The notes below the pieces were generated by a model that worked only from the letters and a program-made list of their open reading frames with translations, was not told where the DNA came from and ran no database searches. A program made the position numbers and the translations under genes. From positions 356,031 through 420,030 of the forward strand of contig MU006107.1 of NCBI GenBank assembly GCA_010093705.1: 64,000 nucleotides of DNA, given 5' to 3'. This stretch comes from Patellaria atrata CBS 101060 (taxonomy: Eukaryota). This document shows positions 55,919 to 64,000 of this stretch, in pieces (within the stretch, counting starts at the first letter, position 1; every line of letters starts with the position of its first letter).

Positions 55919-57649
55919 TGGTTTTCATAATAAGGTACGTTGGGTTCTGTACTCTCAAGCTCCATCTAGTGATAGTGTCTCTAAGGTAGAAAATAAAACG
56001 AGGACTAGCTTAGGAGGAACGGTGAACTTGTGCTAGTGACACTCGCGCATTGGGTCTCCTTTCTTCCACCGCTACTAGATCGTCGAGGTTATTTCCAGAG
56101 GAGTTGTTCCTATTGAAAGAGTCTGATAATCGAATCTCGTACATGTCTCAGTCTATCATCGACGTTGGAATGAGAATACGGATCTCATCTGCTAAGAGTA
56201 GGAGAATAATGCGGATAGATGCTCAAGGCCGGCTAATGATTGTGCATGACTCCCACATGTAGATATCAGTTCGTTCATATGTTATCCACAACAGTACCCT
56301 TTCAGTTGGGACAATCAAGACTCTCCCGATGGTGAGATTGTTGGGATTCGACCGGGAATAGTGCGATGTCAGACATTTTCATGTTACACTAAGACGGTAC
56401 AGCCCGAGGAGAGAGACCATTATCTGAAAGAGAGTAAACGGGTACAGTACTTCCTATGTCGATACATCAAAAATTTCCTTTTCTTGCCAAAGCCGGCTCT
56501 TGAAACTTCCAGGAGCTCATCCCACGCCTGTGTAAATAGCGATGGCAAAGAAGGACTGGAAACCAGACTAACAAAAGAGCGAATATCCGCAATGATGACA
56601 GAGGTATAACTAACAGAAAGACATGTGATTATGTGTTGACGTTTAAGTTAGAACTAGCACTATGGGCTTTCCTCAGCAATTCCCACCTCCACCCCGTTCC
56701 GTTATCTTCAACTCATCAGTTCGGACGACATGGGTAACGCAGCTGTCCATTGCCATCTTTATCTTGATACAGCAATTGAAGCTTTTCTGCCATAAGCCTT
56801 ACGACTAAGCTCGAGGCCGCACGTGGTGGTGCTGATCTCAGCAGCAGGAACGCGTTTGCCGGAGTTTTTTTTTGCCGCACTGCCCATATCCGACTCTCTA
56901 CAGTACACTTGTATCAGAAACTGATCCATGCGAGACTACATGTTCGAACTTGACGCAATCTTTACGGTAAATCCTTTTCAATCCTTAATTGAATAATCTT
57001 CACCGGAATTCAATGTATGAAGTATGGCTGGAGCTCTCTGGAACTAACCACGAGGAGGGGCCCGCCACACTGACTCTCAACTTTACACTTGTGAACAGCT
57101 CGACTTGAGTTTTACTCCAATAGATATTAATCCAGAAATAATCCTCGTAATCAAAAGGATTCAGCTGATAGGTGAGGCTAACGTCGGGAGTGCATGTCTT
57201 AGTTCTAGCTAATCTGTCACGATTTCAGGAAGGGCTACAACAACGACACCAGTTTACATCTGCGTACGACGAAGTACGAGTATGGCGGCCTCGGACTGCG
57301 GGTGAGGTTCTTGACTTTGGTTCAGCACACATAGCACCATGTGCACGCACGGCCAGTCCTGTGAAGCTTCGAATCCTTTATGCTCGTTGCACCCTGCTCT
57401 ACCGAAACTATTTGTCCGGTCTAAATATGGCCTATATATCCCCCATATCGAGGGAAGGCAATGTTCAATGTTCATACATCTATTGGCATTGATATATCCT
57501 ACTTTTGTGACTTTACCTCTGAGCCGCACGTCAGTCTAGTACCGGATGACGCATTAACGTCCACCTGGTAAACAATAATTAGACGGCCCTGGGCGCCATT
57601 GAGTCAACTGACTATTCCCAAGACACTCTGTTAGGATACCCGATAGACC

Positions 57650-59408
57650 ATGAAGACCCTTCAGTCTTGGAGAGATAAATGGTATCACCTGCACTCGTAC
57701 CTGCATTATGCAAGCCCTACGGAACCTTTAACTAACTGTTTCTTAGGAGAGAACGAATCATTCACTTTTCCCCCTCATGGTTTACCGTCTGTATGGGTAA
57801 GTGATATGCATGCCAATACCATATATTCCCTAGATGACTTGTCTAACAATGTCATAGGTACTGGTGCCATGTCACAAGTACTTGTCAACTTTCCATACCC
57901 GTATTCTGGTAATACTCGATGGATGCGAGACCTAGGATATTGCTTTTGGGTACGTTGCCTACGCTATTCTCGCTTGTTCTTTGAAATTCTCATTAGCAAC
58001 CGTCGTTTATGCCCTGTCAGGTATCAAGGAGCTAATATGATTCTCAGATCCTGGATATCGTTCTTTTCATAACCTTCACCACCTTTTCCGTCATTCGATA
58101 TGTTCGCTATCCGGCGCTGCTGAGAATCATGTTATTAGAGTTTCCCGCGTCGTCGTTCCTAGGAGCTGTGCCAACTGTAACTACTTTTAGTACCCTGTCC
58201 ATAATTGTACATTACTTACTTACCTAGACTGTGAACACGATCATAGTTGGTCTCGTCTTCTATTACGATTATAGCGAAACCGCAGCATGGGTTGCGTTCG
58301 TTCTCTTCTGGATCAGTGTCGTGTTAACCATCTTTACCGGTGTTGTTCTTATCCTCATTCAGATGTTTCAGGAGAGATTGCATACCATGAATGATGTTGC
58401 TGGAGTGTAAGCGATTCTAATCTCGATGTGCGCATCGAAAACGCTGATGCCTGAATAGATGGCTCATGACAGCCGTTCCAAATGTTATCACCGCTGCTGC
58501 AGGGGCAGTCATTCTTCCTTATTTGTATGTTATCAATGAGAAGGCGGCAGTGAGCGTTCTCGTTGTTTGCTTCCTCTTGTGGGGCCTAGGAATGTCCCAG
58601 ATCCACATGATCTTAGCCATCTATTTTTGGAGATTGATTTCTAAGAAGACGCCGTCCCAGCGGTTCATACTTTCTGGATATATGCCCATTGCGGCCTTGG
58701 GACAGGCTTCCTTGGCAATCTATCATATGTCGATCTTCTTCTGCGATTATCTGCAGAAATCCAGATTCGTCCCTACGCACTCGAGGACCGTGTCTGACCA
58801 AACCCTCGCGGCGATCGGGGAGATGATATATTGGTTCGGTCTCCTGACTGCGTTGTTTCTCCTCGCCCACGCTTCGTTCTGGCTGGTCCAGAACACCACA
58901 GCGTTCATTTATGCATGGCCTATGCCTTTCAATGTTAGTCTACTCTTTTTACCTTGGGGCACTTCCTACTCTTCGAGGTTGAATCGCTAACACCACATAG
59001 ATCGGCTGGTGGTCGTTTACTTTCCCCTTCGCCGCTTACACCAACGGCTGGGCTGTCGTGGCTCGCGATTTCCGTAACGAGGGAATGCGCGGTTGGGCCG
59101 CTATGCTCGGTGTTCTGTGTATAATTTTCTGGTTTTACGTCGCAACATTTACTGCGTATCTAGGTTTCTGGAAGGGGAGTATGTTTTACGACCCTGCGCT
59201 TGCAGATTGGTCCGTTAAGGAGAAGGAGGTGGACGCCGCTGGGGGAATGGCCGTGCAGGACGTAGTTGTGGAGAGGCTGGAGGACGAAGAAGCAGGTATA
59301 CGGAAATCTGTGAAAAGAAGTCTTTCTGACGACAGTGGTTTCAGTTCATACAGTTCAGGGGAGAGCCTAGTGGATCAACATGGCCGTGATAGCAGTAGCC
59401 GTAAATAG
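57650..59408 (+). CDS. TDT/SLAC1-family (Ssu1/Mae1-like) anion channel or dicarboxylate/sulfite transporter; exons 57650-57681, 57747-57796, 57858-57949, 58048-58176, 58228-58406, 58459-58933, 59001-59408 (454 aa)
   Basis: HFSPSWFTVCMGTG, FLGAVP, YFWRL, ALGQAS, FNIGWWSFTFP gate motif; six GT-AG introns keep the frame. Confidence 0.85.
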
Positions 59409-59644
59409 ATCCTGTTGCAGGCCGCGACCGAAACGAGAGAACACTAAGTACTCTGAGTAGTTGGTTTTCAAAACGGACTATATCTACAACTTTGACTGGC
59501 AACGCTCTTACCTATTAAAACAAGCCGAAGGTCCGAGTCTGACTGACCGATGTGACTAACGTAAAGTCTTCCCTTAAATGCTCACCGGGCATCTCCTCAC
59601 AATATTACACGATCCCATCCAACTGCTTTGATCACGATTAAGAC

Positions 59645-62600
59645 CTAGATAGCAGTATACGCACCGCTTCTGATCTTCCTTACACCTGCAATTTCTTTCC
59701 ATGTGTTATTAGGAGCGGGAGTTGGTTCCTTATCCCTTTCACCCTCATCTGCAAAAGGGTCTACTTCCTCCTCAACCTTCCGTCCCTCTTCCTCTCTAGG
59801 TACCATGATACTTACACTGAGTCCACTTCCCAGCTCCGAAGCATTCTCGCCCATGATTTCCCACCGCGCTTCGACGTTGGCCGGTTTCGCCTCTCCCTCC
59901 GTGAAGAACCGCGCGCGAAGCTGCTGTGTGGTGCCATCTGGGGTGAGAGTCACATCTCCAACACGCCAGTAAATGAGCATTTTCTCCTTGGAAAAGCTGC
60001 CGACTGGTTTGGACTGGCAGGAAATAGGTTTTGTACTGGCTGCGTCGAGATGTAGGATTAAGATCACGTTGGAGAGTGTGACACTTGTCCTGTTCCCCAG
60101 ATTGAATGCTGGGTTCAATGCATAAGAGAGAATTGCAGAGGTCTGAGCGGGCTCAATCTTATACACTGGAGTGAGCAGGAGCGGGGAGTAGTTGGCCAAG
60201 TTGGATTCATCAAGGTGAAGTTGGTATTTAAATGCCACGACGGTCTTGGCTGCTATTGAGGACAAGTTGACGGAATATACGCCGGATTTGTCTGCAACCT
60301 GTTCAACGAAAACAGGATTTGGTGCTACTTTTTCTAGTACGGGAAAGTTTTCGAGCCGAATACTCTCAGTACCGAACGGTGTTAAGAGGTCTTGCGGATT
60401 ATACGCCAAAGCTAATTCACCAATTGCGATGGCCTTGGTTATTTTACCTTTGGTAAAGGTCGTACTTACGGTTTCCACAACGGATGAATTCAACCCTGGC
60501 GAATGGAGTTCTGGATGCTTGATCGTGATACTGGTAGAGCTGCTCAGTGAACGGCCCGATCGGACGGATTGCGTATCTGACGCTGTAGGCTCATCCCCTA
60601 GCAGGCTCGAGCGATGAATGACTTTGAATGGTGACCCTGGTGGGACAACTGTTGGGGGGGACGTCGGTAAAGGGACGTTCGTCGCAATTTGTGTAGTACT
60701 CTGTATAACTGGGGGAAGTACAGCGTCATTTGCTAGTTGAATATCAGAGGGTTGTGGCGATGGGACAAATATTGTATTCCGGACATCCCTTCGACCTCGT
60801 ACTGTCCCACCTTTCCTCGCAGGTGCTTGAGCAGCTTGCTATTCTGGATTAGTCAAATCACCAAGTGAAATTGCCTCATTTGGAAAAGCTTACCGCTCGA
60901 AGAGTGTATGCTACGTTAGCCAAGGCTGTTTCCGCATCAGCATCCTCTTCGGCTATAGGAGCATTTCTTATGTCTAGTTTAAACTGAGGTGCATTGCTTT
61001 CGCTGGCACTATTTATACGTCAATTCAAAACTTCGTATCCCAAGAGAACTTGCTTACACCGCCTCCTGCTCCGCCTGGGATATTGCATCGGAACCTGAAG
61101 GAGGAATTGAAAACCCTTCGGCATCCTTCGGGAGCTTTATAAAGGTCAGTAATCGGATATTACATTCTTGAGGAAGGGAAAACCACAAGGCTTACATCAT
61201 TATTGGCGCTAGACGGTTTGGTTGGTTGTAAAGGTTCCAAAAGAGACGGAACAGGTAATTCTGGAGCCTTTTCACCATTGATGACACCTGAACTAGAGCC
61301 TGGCTCTGCACTGTTTGCTAGTGTCCCATTAATATGGTCTATAGATCGTCGTTTTTGTTTCGGTGATGAGGTGGAATCAGATTGCCGCGGTGAGGACGGT
61401 GTAGCACGGGTTTCCGAGAGTTGGCGTGACGGTGATGCCTGCGGCGACTCCTGCGGTGGGGGCAAGTCTTTTGACTTTCCTGCTGATCTTCCGAAGGCTC
61501 CAAAACTAGATGCAAGGTTCGAGGAAGACTTTCGCTCCGGAGATGAACCTCTTCCGTACGGGTGTACACTTTGACGCCTCCGTCCTAAAACAGTACCTAG
61601 ACGTTTCAACCCGTGCAGACCACCGTGTCGTTGCTCTTGTACTGCATTAAGTTAGTTAATTCGTGGTAACTTGATAGTTTTCTGGACATACCGGATCCGG
61701 ACCTCTGGCTTGAACCATCATCGGTGTTGATAGTGGGTGTTGATGGAGGAAGGCTTCTAGACGGCGTAGGAGTACCTTTCGGCCGTTGTACCGGTATCCT
61801 TCCCTCTGTGGTCTTCAAGGCGAAAGTCTTGATCTCATCCGCGGTCTCGATGTTCAAAAGTGAATTTAGGCACTGCTCCGCGGTGATTCTACTCCTCTCG
61901 ACTTGATCTACCTCATGTGTCTCAAATTGCGTGAGAACGTCTCGTAAAAAATTACAGCGACTTTCATCAACTGCCTGCAGCTGCTCGAATACATACGGCG
62001 CCTGCGACTCCCACTGACTTGTAGCATTATCTAAGTCTGAAGTTGCATTCGCAACTTTCCCCGCGGCAGCTTTGGGGCCTTTCTCTTTGAGTTTATCCGC
62101 CTTTTTGTTCGCACTATCAATATCCTTGGCCATTGCTGCAAGGTTTCCACTTATTGTAGACATGGCCTGCATCTCACGATTTGTGCGCTCGTAGTCCCTC
62201 AGAGGTCGTTCGACATCAGTCTCAATTCTAGTTGCAAGAGTGTGATGAGAGTCCGCGATGGCTTCAGTCGAACTTATTATTCTATGCCAGGGTTGGGAGA
62301 ATATCCTAGGGATACCTTAACTTACTCCGGCAAGCAAACTGGTATCAAGAAGATGTCTGTACATACCCTAAGTCGGACGACTCATCTGGACTTGGTCTTC
62401 TCGCCAGTTTCCGCAGCCCTTGAGCGTACGCTTCTTCGATCCTCCGTCTCTCCTGTATATTCTATTAGCGCAAGGATTGGGCGTTAGAAAGCCGCGATGT
62501 TAACCTGCAGCCAATCCGCGATTTCCGAGTTGATTTTCCCAACATGCTTAACCCTATCTAAAAGTATGGTGACGGCTTGCGACGGTTGGAGGGTAGCCTT

Positions 62601-62688
62601 GCAGCAATTTTCTCAGTACTCAGTACATAGCATATCCAGTGTGCACACTCACCAGCATTGCTGGGTATTCCTGCCTCTGGAGATCCAT
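59645..62688 (-). CDS. SYP1: Muniscin/Syp1 (F-BAR plus mu-homology domain) endocytic protein; exons 62688-62653, 62597-62505, 62452-62367, 62305-61692, 61641-61196, 61134-61058, 61008-60894, 60838-59645 (886 aa)
   Basis: MDLQRQEYPAML, IADWLQERRRIEEAY, WESQAPYVFEQLQAVDESR, RGRRDVRNTIFV, muHD GLNSSVVETVS...GELALAY...LEKVAPNP. Confidence 0.9.
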
Positions 62689-63205
62689 TGTGTATGCGCT
62701 AGTCACAAATATCGTACAGATAGAGCCGCTATTACATGAGGTACAGTTCGTCCGGTGCGCGCTGCGCAGTTTGAATGTTCAGTTCGTGTATATGGAGCTG
62801 TATGGCTAGGAGGTGAGGTGAGTGTGAGGTGTTGAGCTTCGACGGAACTTGGGGACTTGGGACGAGACGGGAACACCAGAACTAGAAAACTAGTGCCAGT
62901 TCTATTCTTGCCAAGGTTGAACCTCAAGTGATATAACCATTCGCCCTTCTTCAGCATCCTAACCTAAAGGGTACCTCACCTATGCCATATCTCCATTACA
63001 AGGCAATTTGAGCGCTCAGAAGAATTTTCTTCTATTTCCCTACCTAATCCTGTTTATAACTCCCGTTTCATCCGGGCTGATCGGTTGTCCACAGGAGCCA
63101 CACACGTGTGGGTATAAGCAACTGTAAAATCTGTAAATAGGTCTATCCGTATCTTCATCTATTAGTATTTCTTATATTGTTCTAGTAACATTGGATTATC
63201 TCAGC

Positions 63206-64000
63206 ATGTCACAGTCTCATCAGGCAATGACGTGGCGGTCATCTATTAGCTTCTCCGATAGACTCTCCATCATCGTTAAAATGCACGTACGTCTATCTCC
63301 TTGAGTGCTTACAAATTCTTTCGTCTGTCATGTCTCTCTAAATTGAAATTCGTTTTCGGTTCCATATCTTTCTGCGTGTTAATGTTTTGCGTCCGAAGAA
63401 ATTGCCGAACCATTTACAATAGTGCTATCACTATGGGCTTACAGTGTTTCGCAGCAACTCGTTCTATAGAACTGCGAATCCTCATATATCAGTACCAGTA
63501 GCTCATCAAGAAGCCAAAAAATTAGAAGGCGAGGCGTATAACTCTGCTTCATCCAGTGTAAGAGGACCTGAATTCTGTAACAACAGAGACTGATGAGCGA
63601 GAGGCCGATTATGAGGTGCGCTGTCAGAACATAATCTCACAGCTTGAATTACAGGCAGAGACATGTGATTCTCCCTTAGAGGTGAGTAAATCGCTGAAAA
63701 AAAACTACTTTTTACGCCAAATCCCTCTTTCTTCAAGCAATGCCGTAACAATCCAATATTCACATATTGGTAGGATCCAGAGGAATATCCTTCCGAACTC
63801 TTACCTGCGCCTATCCAAATTGGGCACTATAAGCATGCACACCACCATAGATCCGGACTTTTTTCTCATGTGTATAGAGCACCCACCCTAGAAAAGCGGT
63901 CTGAGGATTCTGTACTATCGAAGAATAGGCAGGAATTTGTAGCCTTGAAGGTGACGACGCCGTCGCTGATGACAGCTCCCCATGATTCCCGTCGAGAAGC
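63206..64000 (+). CDS. Partial CMGC protein kinase resembling fungal Csk1-type CDK-activating kinase; continues past the window end; 5' exon boundaries uncertain
   Basis: Exon from 63774 reads ...IGHYKHAHHHRSGLFSHVYRA...FVALKVTTPSLMTAPHDSRREA (kinase subdomains I-III); upstream exons WRSSISFSDRL, EAKKLEGEAYNSA, DYEVRCQ. Confidence 0.7.

Noticed and set aside
56330..56360. Minus-strand GGTCGAATCCC resembling a tRNA T-loop
   Set aside because: Lacks GTTCG and no cloverleaf can be built.
57950..58047. Internal CAG|GTATCA in TDT intron 3 suggesting recursive splicing or a twin intron
   Set aside because: The second unit would be only 27 nt, and using the upstream acceptor alone introduces a stop.
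63076..63086. GCTGATCGGTT shared with the sequence just upstream of the 5S gene (8096-8106)
   Set aside because: An isolated 11-mer match is expected by chance in 64 kb; no 5S-like sequence follows.

Overview
Gene-dense eukaryotic DNA from a filamentous ascomycete (Pezizomycotina), judged from short GT-AG introns with CTRAY branch sites, a HET-domain gene and the galactofuranose gene pair. I can build about 20 protein-coding gene models by hand. In order: GH128 glucanase, cullin-3, Zim17/Tim15, Utp20, Cwf19-like/Drn1, GH17-But2 fusion, a 2253-aa coiled-coil protein, Rpn6, a degenerate SDR, perilipin/CAP20, Rpl27, Sof1, UDP-galactopyranose mutase, UDP-Galf transporter, stomatin, glucoamylase, HET protein, TDT/SLAC1 channel, Syp1, and a partial CDK-activating-kinase-like gene. 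The most striking element is an intact but divergent 5S rRNA gene nested in sense orientation inside the single intron of ZIM17. It is bracketed by a cryptic branch/acceptor and a perfect donor, so it could act as a stop-containing cassette exon. Other highlights are a TATGCCAAGCC motif shared by two ribosome-biogenesis bidirectional promoters, an SDR that has lost its cofactor and catalytic motifs, and frequent AAG splice acceptors. All gene models and family assignments are manual, from motif recognition, with no database searches.
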